A DNA stretch of 48,160 nucleotides, taken from positions 1 to 48,160 of the forward strand of contig CAIRAF010000065.1 of NCBI GenBank assembly GCA_903876465.1, written 5' to 3'. Below, in pieces: positions 1 through 9,974 of this stretch (position 1 is the stretch's first letter; every line of letters starts with the position of its first letter). The DNA comes from an uncultured bacterium (GTDB taxonomy: Bacteria; Patescibacteriota; Minisyncoccia; Phycocordibacterales; PALSA-1337). The notes beneath the pieces were generated by a model that worked only from the letters and a program-made list of their open reading frames with translations, did no database searches and had not been told where the DNA came from. A program made the translations under genes and the position numbers.

Positions 1-67
1 GCACAGAAAAACGAAGCAGCCTCCAGTGATTTTTTAATTTTATCTTCTGCTGGCAATTTTTTATTTA

Positions 68-1006
68 TTATAAACAATGCTCCTTTTGCATAATCTTCTC
101 AATCAGTTCATGAATAATTCCAGGCTTAATATATTTTTCATAATCTGATATTAATATATTTTCTTGTGCACATAATTCTGTAAATAGATTCTTCTCTCCA
201 TGAATATTGAAACTTAGAATGGTATCTTTCACTGAGTCATTAAAGATATAAATAAATTCTGATAGAATCAAGAACCAATTGTAATTCGCTTTTCCAGATT
301 CGTATTCACGTATGTAGTATGATTTATTGAAATTTATTCTGTGTAAATATTCTGCATCTGGACATGTGTATGCTTTTAGCTCATTCATTATGAATCTCCA
401 AGCGAAGGATTGCGTGTCGAATCCATGGTTAGTTGGGTAACCACCTGTTGTTTCGAAAGCCTTCTTTGTAAACATGAAAGTAGAATACAACGAGCAGTAT
501 GCTTCTTTTTGGAATAATGCTTCAACTGGTATGATTTGGTCAACATAACCAAAAGTGTGTACGATTTCTATATTGTTAACATCATTACCTTTGAATTTCC
601 TTGATCTATGAATACCTACACCATCACATGCTTTTCCGTTATTTCTTTTTTCCAACATAAACGTAAGCATTTTTGATAATGCTTTGGTTCCGAGCATGTC
701 ATCACTATCGAGACAGAATATGATATCTGCTTTTGCATGCATCACTGCAGTATTTCTTGTTGCGCCACCACCCTTATTTTGTTCATGAAAAAAGATAGAT
801 ATTTTAGCATCACTTTTTGTCAGTGATTCTTGTGCAAGACGTTCCATAACCACTTTAGTTGTATCAGTCGATCCATCGTCGACCATTACGATCTCAAATG
901 TAAAACCAGCTTCCTTAAGTCCTTGGGTATAACAAGAATTAACCGCTTGCTCTAGGGTTTTTGAACAGTTATAACAGGGGATAATTATTGTTAGATCCGG
1001 TTTCAT
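68..1006 (-). CDS. Family 2 glycosyltransferase
   Basis: 312-aa ORF. GT2 N-terminal signature LTIIIPCYNCSKTLEQAVNSC...EIVMVDDGSTDTT and a DSDD (DxD) motif. Last visible gene of a tightly packed minus-strand glycan operon. Confidence 0.85.
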   Translation of the reverse strand: MKPDLTIIIPCYNCSKTLEQAVNSCYTQGLKEAGFTFEIVMVDDGSTDTTKVVMERLAQESLTKSDAKISIFFHEQNKGGGATRNTAVMHAKADIIFCLDSDDMLGTKALSKMLTFMLEKRNNGKACDGVGIHRSRKFKGNDVNNIEIVHTFGYVDQIIPVEALFQKEAYCSLYSTFMFTKKAFETTGGYPTNHGFDTQSFAWRFIMNELKAYTCPDAEYLHRINFNKSYYIREYESGKANYNWFLILSEFIYIFNDSVKDTILSFNIHGEKNLFTELCAQENILISDYEKYIKPGIIHELIEKIMQKEHCL

Positions 1007-1012
1007 AATTTT

Positions 1013-1684
1013 CTATATCGTCTTTTTGACAATACAAACAATTTGAGCCAGCGTATCTTCTTTTTTTGTCTGGTCGACGGCTTCATATCTCAAGACAAGT
1101 GATTCTAGGAATTTTGGAGCAATTTTTCGACGCTCGAGTCCACGATAATAGCGTACGAAATACTTCGAAATGAAGCCTGTGTTTTTGCGAGGTCCAAATC
1201 TAAACAGCCGACGGTCATAGTTATGATCTTGAAGGGCAATTTTCATTATATGACCACCTGGCAATGATTGTGCAAGATCCAGCACATTGATTGATATCGG
1301 TGACCAACTCTTTGTTTTTGATATAGTAAAAGTCGCTTTATGATCAGGATTGAATCTACTTGGAAATACACCTTGTTCATATAGATCTTCTTCAGGTACC
1401 ATGAAGAAAAGGTATCCACCAACTTTGACTAGTTTCCACCATTCTAGTATTGCTTTACGTGGTTCGTGCATATGTTCTAGACAATGTGAAGCATAGACGA
1501 AATCGAACTGCTCTTTTATGAATTGTGAAATAATATTTGCATCACCATCTTCCATATCGAATCTTTTAACGTTTGGTAAGACAGGATCTTCAGCCGGTCC
1601 AATATCAATACCTTTTCCTTTAAGGACTTCTCGTTCAAGTGAACCATCGGTCCATATTTTCCTTGATTTTGATGTTTCGTTCAT
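1013..1684 (-). CDS. Class I SAM-dependent methyltransferase
   Basis: 223-aa ORF. Methyltransferase-like motifs GIDIGPAED, FDFVYASHCLEHMHEP and LVKVGGYLFFMVPE. Only 6 nt from the downstream GT2. Confidence 0.75.
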   Translation of the reverse strand: MNETSKSRKIWTDGSLEREVLKGKGIDIGPAEDPVLPNVKRFDMEDGDANIISQFIKEQFDFVYASHCLEHMHEPRKAILEWWKLVKVGGYLFFMVPEEDLYEQGVFPSRFNPDHKATFTISKTKSWSPISINVLDLAQSLPGGHIMKIALQDHNYDRRLFRFGPRKNTGFISKYFVRYYRGLERRKIAPKFLESLVLRYEAVDQTKKEDTLAQIVCIVKKTI

Positions 1685-1693
1685 GGTTGTATA

Positions 1694-2356
1694 TTATAAT
1701 TTTTCAGTATATTTAAATATGGCAAAGCCTACGCTTTCGGGTCTTCCAAGTTCAGTCATTGTTAACCAGTGTTTGTCTTGCAAGATGACAGGTTTAACTT
1801 TTACTGTTTTTTCTGTATTCCAGTCATGTAAAGCAAGAATCATACCATCTTTAAAATAAGGTTTAAAAAAATTATATTGTTCTAGAGTTTGTCCACCATC
1901 CTCGGCACCATCAAGGAATATCATATATGTTTTGTTTTTTCCTTGGAGGTATTTTTCAAAGACATCAGGGCTTGAACTATAGATAAATTCTATAAAAGGA
2001 TATTGGGATTTTATGTATTTTTGGTAACGATTCTTTGCTTTGTTGTACAGAAATTGATCATTCTCTGTTGTGAATAATTTTCCTTTACCATTATCCTTCA
2101 AGGCTTTTGAGATAAAGAAGGTACTGCCACCACCAGTATATGTTCCGATTTCAAAACAATAATCTGGTTTTACCTCTCTCACTATTTCATACAATGCTTT
2201 TCTTTCAGCTTTGTACATCTGGCCTGGTAGAAAGAATGAGCCATCAAAAAACATCCTTTCTTTTTTTGACTGGAATGGTCGCTTAAATAAGATATATGTT
2301 AATTTATCAAAATTACTTAATTCCCAAAAATTATGTTTATATATTTCTTTATTCAT
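1694..2356 (-). CDS. SAM-dependent (O-)methyltransferase-like protein (Methyltransf_24-like)
   Basis: 220-aa ORF. CFEIGTYTGGGSTFF (motif I-like) and IFLDGAEDG (post-II-like). Overlaps the upstream gene by 8 nt. Confidence 0.6.
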   Translation of the reverse strand: MNKEIYKHNFWELSNFDKLTYILFKRPFQSKKERMFFDGSFFLPGQMYKAERKALYEIVREVKPDYCFEIGTYTGGGSTFFISKALKDNGKGKLFTTENDQFLYNKAKNRYQKYIKSQYPFIEFIYSSSPDVFEKYLQGKNKTYMIFLDGAEDGGQTLEQYNFFKPYFKDGMILALHDWNTEKTVKVKPVILQDKHWLTMTELGRPESVGFAIFKYTEKL

Positions 2357-3257
2357 GTTTTTCTTGAAAATATTTTATCTTAGCAATCCAATAATCCATA
2401 TGCATAGCGTCAAACTTTGCGGTCTTCAGAAGTTCATCATACTTTCTGGCAATATCTGATTCGCTAACATTTTTTAGGTCGTTCCATTCCTTAACAATCC
2501 AGAAGGGGAGGCCGGCTTTATGTAATGAAGATATTGTTACAGAATCTTGTACGACAGGGATTATGCCTAGATGGAAAGCCTCATAAGGTCTATGGGTGTC
2601 TATGGCATTTCCACGTGGAGATATGAGAAATTTATAACTAAGTAATAACTCTATGAATTTTGCTTGAGAGACACGTGCACGGACTGTTTCCATGAGTGGG
2701 TTACTGTCGCAAAATTTACGTAGAGGCACTCGTATAGGCATACATGTATCATTCGTGAATCTATAAAAGAATTTATCTTTTCTACCAGGATTTTTATAGT
2801 TTGTAGATGAAGCAGGAGTTAGATATGGTTTATCTGTGTGTTCGAAATTGTGGAAATTAGAAAGACCTACAGGTAATGGAGTGACCTTTTCGTGCTCCAC
2901 AGTTACGTTCTGAGCAAAACAATGAATGATATTATCGTCCAGGAGTGAAGTGTATCGTTTATCGAAAGTATAATCTCCATTATGAACAATCAAAATGTAA
3001 GGAGCAATGATGTTTGGATGTATTTCTTGTAAATATTGTAGTGCTTTACTTTGACTAACAAATACAACATCACCATGCGAGACTCCTCCTGGAAGAAAAG
3101 TTGTTGTTTCGTCATATATATGTTTTGCAAGAGCCCGAAAAGAGTCTCCTGTTACGATAGGATAACTTGTCGGACGACTATTTCCCTTAAGTTTCAATCC
3201 AAGACGACGAAGGCGCAGGATAATACCATTTTTCTTTTTAGTAATATATTTGATCAT
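2349..3257 (-). CDS. Putative exostosin-like (GT47-like) glycosyltransferase
   Basis: 302-aa ORF. C-terminal block KFLISPRGNAIDTHRPYEAFHLGIIPVV resembles the exostosin-family motif (xPxGxxxxxxRxxEAxxxGxIPV). Sits inside the glycan operon. Confidence 0.5.
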   Translation of the reverse strand: MIKYITKKKNGIILRLRRLGLKLKGNSRPTSYPIVTGDSFRALAKHIYDETTTFLPGGVSHGDVVFVSQSKALQYLQEIHPNIIAPYILIVHNGDYTFDKRYTSLLDDNIIHCFAQNVTVEHEKVTPLPVGLSNFHNFEHTDKPYLTPASSTNYKNPGRKDKFFYRFTNDTCMPIRVPLRKFCDSNPLMETVRARVSQAKFIELLLSYKFLISPRGNAIDTHRPYEAFHLGIIPVVQDSVTISSLHKAGLPFWIVKEWNDLKNVSESDIARKYDELLKTAKFDAMHMDYWIAKIKYFQEKHE

Positions 3258-4820
3258 TTAATTAGTTTTTACAGGTAATTTGAAAGTTCTCATAACCTGT
3301 TTAGTGAATGTCAGAATATCATGCGTGTCATCTTTGTCAAAAAAGCCTAGTACATAGTGGGTAATTATAAAAATCACACAAGAAATAATTATGGCCATGA
3401 TTACTAGGAAGAAGTTGGTTATAAATGGTTTTATTAACAAAACATCAAATATGAAAACTAGTGTTGAAGTTAGAAATAGTTGTGAGATTAGTTTGAAATA
3501 ATGAATCTTTCTAAAAGTCAGCTCTAGGTATTTTTTTTCAGTTTTGTATATGAGGAATAAGTATGGAACAAAAGCGAGTAGATATGACCACGCAGCACCC
3601 ATGATACCAAAATGAGGGAGTAGAATTACTAACAATAAGGCATTTATGCCTGCAGTAAATATCGAGGTAATTGTCAGTGCCTTCAATTTACCCATGCCAA
3701 GAAGGAAACTGTTAAGTGGAGAGGTGACCGCAATCACGAGATTTGTCAGAGCTAATATTATAAGTACTCCTGTAGCCTTATTTGCTAGGTCTGAATTTAT
3801 CCAGTATTGCAATATTGGATAGGCGAAAGCTATAAAAGTAATAGCTGTTGCTGTCGAAATTACAGTTATCAATCTCATCGATCTGGTATACAGATTTTTT
3901 GTCATATCTCTGTTACCGCCACCTTCAAAATAAGCCGTCATAGGGAATATCACAGAAGAAAGTGTGCCAGACAGCGTCGGTATTTTACTGGTTAGGCTTC
4001 CTGGTAGAGAGTAGTATGTCAGGTTCGATGGTCCAAGGAAAAGTGGAATGATCATGCGATCAAGATACGTAAGCGACGAACCAGCTAAATTATTTAGAAA
4101 AAGAGTCGTACCGAATTTATAACAATTTGCGGCTTCGGTCTTACTCCATCCATATGAGTTAATAAAAGCACTGGTTTCCTTATGTACTGTTGATTTAGCG
4201 TATTTTCTATATACAAAATAGAAAATAAGAGCGAGTATCGCTTGTAGTAGAAAGATGTCGTTGACTGGTCCATTTAGAAAAGCTATTGCCAGTATGCCTA
4301 ATTGTTGAATAGAAATGAAAACAATACCTATTTTTGATCCTATGTCGAAACGTTGATATGCAGTAGGAATTATCGTATGAATTGAATTGATACTATTGAT
4401 AAAGAAAATGATGCCTGCATATATAAAAGAGGGAATATATAGCTCATATGAGCCTGCGATTTCAGAGGGAAATGATTTAATTCCAATAAAAATAGAAGCT
4501 ATGATTAAAGTGGCGCCGATAACGCCAATACCTAGTAGTATAGTATTTGCTGTTTTGAATAATTTCTTTAGTCCCTCGATGTCGTCTCCTCCGTGTCGTT
4601 CAGATATGAATTTACTGATAGCTGTTGAGACGCCAAGATCAAGAAGTCCTACTAGACTGATGAGTGTGCTTATAAAGATATAGACGCCGTATTCTTTAAC
4701 CCCAAAATGTCGAACGATGATAGGGGTGATAAAGATGGCCAAAATTACAGGCCATGAAAAAGCAACAAGGCTGTACGAAATATTTTTAAATGTCGTCTGC
4801 TTTATGTTTGTAGCGATCAT
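3258..4820 (-). CDS. Polysaccharide/oligosaccharide flippase (Wzx-type, MOP superfamily)
   Basis: 520-aa ORF, hydrophobic throughout with many predicted TM helices. Abuts the GT gene (0-nt gap) and overlaps fcl by 1 nt. Confidence 0.75.
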   Translation of the reverse strand: MIATNIKQTTFKNISYSLVAFSWPVILAIFITPIIVRHFGVKEYGVYIFISTLISLVGLLDLGVSTAISKFISERHGGDDIEGLKKLFKTANTILLGIGVIGATLIIASIFIGIKSFPSEIAGSYELYIPSFIYAGIIFFINSINSIHTIIPTAYQRFDIGSKIGIVFISIQQLGILAIAFLNGPVNDIFLLQAILALIFYFVYRKYAKSTVHKETSAFINSYGWSKTEAANCYKFGTTLFLNNLAGSSLTYLDRMIIPLFLGPSNLTYYSLPGSLTSKIPTLSGTLSSVIFPMTAYFEGGGNRDMTKNLYTRSMRLITVISTATAITFIAFAYPILQYWINSDLANKATGVLIILALTNLVIAVTSPLNSFLLGMGKLKALTITSIFTAGINALLLVILLPHFGIMGAAWSYLLAFVPYLFLIYKTEKKYLELTFRKIHYFKLISQLFLTSTLVFIFDVLLIKPFITNFFLVIMAIIISCVIFIITHYVLGFFDKDDTHDILTFTKQVMRTFKLPVKTN

Positions 4821-5791
4821 TATTTATTCCTTATGTACCACTGAATTGTTCTTTTTAGTCCTTCATCAAAATTGATTTTTGCTTTAAACCCAAACTCTTT
4901 TTTAGCTCTAGATATGTCTAATTTTCTCCTCATTTGACCGTCTGGTTTGTCACTGTTCCACACAATAGTGCCTTTATAGTTTGTGATCTTAATAATTTTT
5001 TTAACTAGATCCTTTATTGATATTTCTATGCCAGTGCCAAGATTAACTGGTTCAGAACTATTGTATTTTTCTGTTGCTAGGATTATGCCTTCAGCTGCAT
5101 CTTCTGCATACAAAAATTCGCGTCTAGCTTTACCGGTACCCCAAACTTCGATTGATGGAAGTTTTTTCTCCTTAGCTTCAATAACTTTTTTAATAAGTGC
5201 TGGCACAACATGACTTGAGTTTGGATTAAAATTATCTCTTGGGCCATAGAGATTTACTGGAAGGAGATAGATTGCATTAAAGCCATATTCTTGTCTGTAT
5301 GCTTGAGCTTGTACGAGCATCATCTTCTTTGCGAGTCCGTATGGAGCGTTTGTCTCTTCTGGGTATCCCATCCAGATGTCAGATTCTTTGAATGGAACAG
5401 AAGGAGATTTTGGATATGCACAAATAGTACTGATTGCTACAAATTTTTCTATACCGGCTTTACGGGCTTCTTCCATGAGTTGTGTACCCATAATCAAATT
5501 GTCGTAGAACAATTTACCAGGATGTTCTTTATTGAATCCGATACCACCAACAGTTGCAGCAAGATGAATAACTATATCTATACCTCGAAGTACTTCCTTA
5601 CAATTTTCTAATTTTCTGAGATCAAGGTCTTTAGATCTTGGAATAATGATATTTTCTTTTTTGATGCCACGAGCAAGTAATTTATCTACGACAAATGAAC
5701 CAAGAAATCCTGCACCTCCTGTGACCAGTATCTTCTTGTTTTTTAGGTCAATTTGTCCAGTTACGCTCGTATTTAAAGCTTTTTTCTTCAT
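4820..5791 (-). CDS. fcl: GDP-L-fucose synthase-like NAD(P)-dependent epimerase/reductase
   Basis: 323-aa ORF. Rossmann motif [13 protein letters not shown] and catalytic YGLAKK (YxxxK). Context: gmd and a NUDIX gene lie immediately upstream. Confidence 0.75.
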   Translation of the reverse strand: MKKKALNTSVTGQIDLKNKKILVTGGAGFLGSFVVDKLLARGIKKENIIIPRSKDLDLRKLENCKEVLRGIDIVIHLAATVGGIGFNKEHPGKLFYDNLIMGTQLMEEARKAGIEKFVAISTICAYPKSPSVPFKESDIWMGYPEETNAPYGLAKKMMLVQAQAYRQEYGFNAIYLLPVNLYGPRDNFNPNSSHVVPALIKKVIEAKEKKLPSIEVWGTGKARREFLYAEDAAEGIILATEKYNSSEPVNLGTGIEISIKDLVKKIIKITNYKGTIVWNSDKPDGQMRRKLDISRAKKEFGFKAKINFDEGLKRTIQWYIRNK

Positions 5792-5804
5792 AAGCCAGAT
5801 TATA

Positions 5805-6293
5805 CTATTTATTTTTTAAAGCTGATAGGGTCATATTAACTCTTTTTTGAATAAAAGGGTGGAAGGACTTACTGTTTATTGGAAACCACTTTTTATCGTC
5901 ATGTTGATTATCAAATGCTGTATGGAAGTTGTTTTCTTCGATTTCACAAACGAATAAAATAGCGACAGCATCATAGGAAACGCTTTTAAAAACAGAGTTT
6001 TCATGGATATCTCGTGTTAGACCAGCATATATTAGATTATCGGCATTTACAGACATACCTAGTTCTCGCTTTGCCTGTCTAATTGCACAGTCTATATATT
6101 CTTCTTCCTTGAAAAGCCTACCGCCAATCGTAAAGTACACTCCTTTTAAGGGCTCATTCATTCTCCTGAATAAGATAATCTTATCCCTCTTAGTATTGAT
6201 GAACATTATGTCAACAGTACAGATTGGCACATTATCCATAATGTCCTTATAAAGCTTATCTGGAATGAAGTTTTTATCTTCCATGCGTTTCAT
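5805..6293 (-). CDS. NUDIX hydrolase (GDP-mannose mannosyl hydrolase-like by context)
   Basis: 162-aa ORF. Nudix-box-like [23 protein letters not shown]. Lies between gmd and fcl, which places a NUDIX (gmm/wcaH-type) gene beside gmd and fcl as in colanic-acid-type clusters. Overlaps the gmd stop. Confidence 0.6.
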   Translation of the reverse strand: MKRMEDKNFIPDKLYKDIMDNVPICTVDIMFINTKRDKIILFRRMNEPLKGVYFTIGGRLFKEEEYIDCAIRQAKRELGMSVNADNLIYAGLTRDIHENSVFKSVSYDAVAILFVCEIEENNFHTAFDNQHDDKKWFPINSKSFHPFIQKRVNMTLSALKNK

Positions 6294-7329
6294 TTTTTAG
6301 GTCCGCGTCTATCATGCCTTTCACTAAGCCCTTAAATGATATTTTAGGTTTCCAGCCCAATTCCTTCTTTGCTTTGGAATAATCTCCAATTAGAGAATCT
6401 ACTTCTAGGGGACGATGATATTTCTTGTCGATTTCAATAATCACTTTTCCAGTCTTTTTATCTATGCCTTTTTCATTTAGACCTTTTCCTTTCCACTCCA
6501 ATTCTATACCCAAAACTTTGGCTGATTCATTGACGAATTCTCGCACGCTGTGAGCCTCATTGGTCGCTAGGATATAATCATCGGGTTTTGGGGCCTGCAT
6601 CATGAGCCACATACCTTCGACGTAATCTATTGTATGCCCCCAATCTCTTTTTGCTTCGAGATTTCCCAAGTATAATTTTTCTTGCTTACCAAGTTTTATC
6701 CTGACTAAACCTTCAGTAATTTTTTTTGTAACGAATGTTGAACCACGACGAGGACTTTCGTGATTGAAGAGAATACCGTTGCAGGCGAAAATACCATAGC
6801 TTTCTCGATAATTCTTGGTAATCCAATAAGCAAAGACTTTTCCGCAACCATATGGTGATCGTGGATAAAACGGTGTCTTTTCCGTTTGCGGGATTTCTTG
6901 AACCTTTCCAAACATTTCAGATGAAGATGCTTGGTAGAATTTTGTCTTAATTCCTGATTCTTTTATTGCATCAAGTATACGGAGTGTTCCTATGCCAGTT
7001 ATATCAGCAGTGTATTCAGGTATATTGAAACTGACTCCGACATGACTTTGAGCACCAAGATTGTAGATCTCGTCTGGTTTAATTTTTTCTATCAACCTAG
7101 AAATATTACTTGAATCAGATAGGTCACCGAAATGCAGGAACAATTTGAGGTTTTTTTGGTGTGGATCTTTGAGAATATGATCAATTCGGCCTGTATTAAA
7201 AGAAGAGCTTCTTCGAATTATTCCGTGGACTTCATATCCCTTTTTTATTAAAAATTCAGCCAGATAGGATCCGTCTTGGCCTGTTATACCTGTTATAAGG
7301 GCTTTCTTGGTCTTTTTCATGATTCCCAT
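6274..7329 (-). CDS. gmd: GDP-mannose 4,6-dehydratase
   Basis: 351-aa ORF. Classical N-terminus [43 protein letters not shown] and the [12 protein letters not shown] (YxxxK) motif. Confidence 0.9.
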   Translation of the reverse strand: MGIMKKTKKALITGITGQDGSYLAEFLIKKGYEVHGIIRRSSSFNTGRIDHILKDPHQKNLKLFLHFGDLSDSSNISRLIEKIKPDEIYNLGAQSHVGVSFNIPEYTADITGIGTLRILDAIKESGIKTKFYQASSSEMFGKVQEIPQTEKTPFYPRSPYGCGKVFAYWITKNYRESYGIFACNGILFNHESPRRGSTFVTKKITEGLVRIKLGKQEKLYLGNLEAKRDWGHTIDYVEGMWLMMQAPKPDDYILATNEAHSVREFVNESAKVLGIELEWKGKGLNEKGIDKKTGKVIIEIDKKYHRPLEVDSLIGDYSKAKKELGWKPKISFKGLVKGMIDADLKNETHGR

Positions 7330-7426
7330 ACTCTAGCATTATTGTTTCAAAATTTGAATGATGGTTGAGTATTTACCCCTAATTCAGTATGATGTATGAA
7401 TTATCTATTAATTCAGACACATTATT

Positions 7427-9739
7427 ATGTTCCTCAAATCTATTACCAGATTCTTTGCTCTCGCCCCACTGTTCCTTATCCCGTTCTTTCCACTCATAGT
7501 TGCGAATAATTTTTTCTTTCCATTTATCACTGGTAAAGCCTTCTATTTCCGTATTCTTGTTGAGATTGCTTTCCTTTCATGGGTCATACTTGCAGCTCTC
7601 GATGCAAAATACCGCCCAAAGTGGAATTCACTAACTATAGGTGTGACGGTTTTTACTCTTATAGCTCTTGTTGCTGATCTTCTTGGGGTCAATCCTATTC
7701 GCAGTCTCTGGTCAAACTTTGAGCGTATGGAGGGTTGGATAACTATAATTCATCTTTGGATGTTCTATATGGTCACTGTTCACACTTTTGGTGGACAGGG
7801 AATAGACTCAAGTAAAAGGATGTGGCGTCACTGGTTGAATACTTCATTGGTGGTTGCTTTCATTGTTGCTTGTTACGGTTTTGCACAATACATAGGAGTT
7901 TCTCATTGGTTCCAAGCTCATTTACCAGCAATTGCTGCTTGGTTCCACGCCAATTTTCCTATTCATCAAAGTGCGGATCGTGTAGATGCTTCTTTGGGTA
8001 ATGCGGAATATATGGCGGTCTATATGCTTATTAGTGCTGGTTTCGCTATTCACCTCCTTCTTGAATCAAAAGTTCGTCGTGGAGTTGTTGTTGCTCGTGA
8101 AGCAAGTGAAGGCGCTTTCAAATTGATTGTTGATATGTTCAGAGCGATTAATCTCTCAGTACTGGAATGGATATATGGAATATTAGCCGTAGCTTTCTCC
8201 TTCCTCATTTTTGAGACCGGAACTCGTGGAACTACTTTTGGCTTAATCGGAGCAATTATACTTGCACTTATACTGTATGTAATCTTCGCTCCTAAGGAAA
8301 ATAATAAGTCACGTATAGTTTCCGGCAGTGTTCTTATTGCTATCTTTATTTTAGCCGGCATCTTCTGGATCGAACGCGATTCAAAGTTTGTCCAAAATAG
8401 TCCAGCTTTGAGTCGTATTGCAAGTATATCGATGAATGACATTACCACCTCTGGACGTGCATATATTTGGCCTATGGCTATTACTGGCGCTATGCAACGT
8501 CCTGTCCTTGGTTGGGGTCAAGAGAACTTTAACTATATCTTCAACGCCAATTACAATCCGAAAATGTATGGTCAAGAACAATGGTTCGATCGTGCTCACA
8601 GCGTGTATCTTGATTGGTTAATTAATGCTGGTATCGTTGGACTTTTGGCCTATCTCGCACTATATGTACTGTTCCTCATGGCAGTTTGGAAATCAACTCT
8701 AACGATTCTAGAAAAGAGTGCTCTAACAGGACTTCTTGCGGGTTATGCCGCTCACAACTTCTTGGTATTCGATAATTTGGCAAGTTATGTTCTTTTCTTT
8801 GCTCTTCTTGGTTTTGCTGCTTCATTGAAAATGTCTAATAGTAGTAAGGAAATAAAGCCTGTACGAGAAATAACTTCTGACGTTGTTGAGTATGTTGTAG
8901 CGCCAGTAGCTATCATCACCCTTATCTTCGGCATTTATTGGTACAACGTTCGTCCAATTCAAGAAAACACAAGACTTATTAGCGCGCTTCAATCTTGTGG
9001 AGGTAATTCGACACCTGATGCTGATTTGTTTAATAATGCTTTGTCAGTCGGTGCTTATATTGGAGAACAAGAAGCTCGTGAACAGGTCTTGTCATGTGCA
9101 GGACAAGTTATCAACGCTCAACAACTTCCTGGTCCAACCAAGCAAGCTTTCTTTGATTTAGCTACAAATGCTATCAATGATCAGGTTTTACAAACTCCAA
9201 AAGATGCTCGTGTATATACTCTTGGTGGTTCATTCTTCGAGCAAATAGGTTCATTCAGTCAAGCTCTTCCTTTACTTGAAAAAGCTCACCTCCTATCACC
9301 AGCAAAACAGAGTACTGATTTGGCTCTTGGAAATGCATATATAAATCTTGGTAAATTTGATCAGGCTGTAACACTCCTGAAGAATGCATATCTCTCGGAG
9401 ACAACTGATAATGATGCAAAAGTTGAGTACATCGTTGCTCTTATTGTGTCTGGAAATGATGCACAGGCGCAGACGCTCTTCCCAAATGATCCAAACTTCA
9501 ATACAACTGAGGTGGCACAAGCTTATACCATTGCTAAGCAATACCAAAAAGCTATTGATATTTACCAAAGTCTTTTGGGTACAAGTACTGATAATGTTAA
9601 TCTTCAGACAAAAATTGCTCAAACACAGTATGCTGGCGGTCAAGTTTCAGCGGCTATTGCCACTCTTAAACTAATAGAGAAGAATCACCCTGAATATGCT
9701 GGTCAGATTGACGGAGCTATCAAGCAGATACAGAAGTAA
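7427..9739 (+). CDS. O-antigen ligase-like (Wzy_C-type) polytopic membrane protein with C-terminal TPR repeats
   Basis: 770-aa ORF. About 12 hydrophobic segments. Periplasmic-loop-type motif RPVLGWGQENF...DRAHSVYLDWLINAGIVGL. The C-terminal ~270 aa has TPR-like repeats (LALGNAYINLGKFDQAVTLLKNAY...). Confidence 0.75.
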   Translation: MFLKSITRFFALAPLFLIPFFPLIVANNFFFPFITGKAFYFRILVEIAFLSWVILAALDAKYRPKWNSLTIGVTVFTLIALVADLLGVNPIRSLWSNFERMEGWITIIHLWMFYMVTVHTFGGQGIDSSKRMWRHWLNTSLVVAFIVACYGFAQYIGVSHWFQAHLPAIAAWFHANFPIHQSADRVDASLGNAEYMAVYMLISAGFAIHLLLESKVRRGVVVAREASEGAFKLIVDMFRAINLSVLEWIYGILAVAFSFLIFETGTRGTTFGLIGAIILALILYVIFAPKENNKSRIVSGSVLIAIFILAGIFWIERDSKFVQNSPALSRIASISMNDITTSGRAYIWPMAITGAMQRPVLGWGQENFNYIFNANYNPKMYGQEQWFDRAHSVYLDWLINAGIVGLLAYLALYVLFLMAVWKSTLTILEKSALTGLLAGYAAHNFLVFDNLASYVLFFALLGFAASLKMSNSSKEIKPVREITSDVVEYVVAPVAIITLIFGIYWYNVRPIQENTRLISALQSCGGNSTPDADLFNNALSVGAYIGEQEAREQVLSCAGQVINAQQLPGPTKQAFFDLATNAINDQVLQTPKDARVYTLGGSFFEQIGSFSQALPLLEKAHLLSPAKQSTDLALGNAYINLGKFDQAVTLLKNAYLSETTDNDAKVEYIVALIVSGNDAQAQTLFPNDPNFNTTEVAQAYTIAKQYQKAIDIYQSLLGTSTDNVNLQTKIAQTQYAGGQVSAAIATLKLIEKNHPEYAGQIDGAIKQIQK

Positions 9740-9825
9740 GGTATTTGCGTGTCAAAAAGCAGTCGTGTTATGATTGTGCTGTGAGTACCCTAGGTGGGCA
9801 CTCTCCAATAAATGTCTCGCAAAGT

Positions 9826-9846
9826 GCTGCCCTCGGCAGCCTTTTG
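9826..9846 (+). terminator. Candidate intrinsic terminator (GC hairpin + T-run)
   Basis: gctgcc-ctc-ggcagc hairpin followed by cttttg, about 85 nt after the stop of the 7427-9739 gene. Short stem and tight loop. Confidence 0.35.
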
Positions 9847-9974
9847 CGTTATCGGGCGCGAGTACGTTATACTAGAACACAGATTGCACCAAATGACGGC
9901 GAGCGGCTGTACTCACATTATATTTAGACATATTATTTGGAGCTCACACCCGCTCGCCATCATTCGGTACAAAT

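Noticed and set aside
1-67. Possible start of another minus-strand gene at the left edge (a TTG at 58-56 reading LPAEDKIKKSLEAASFFC..).
   Set aside because: Only about 19 codons are visible, the start is non-ATG and no motif is present, so it cannot be supported.
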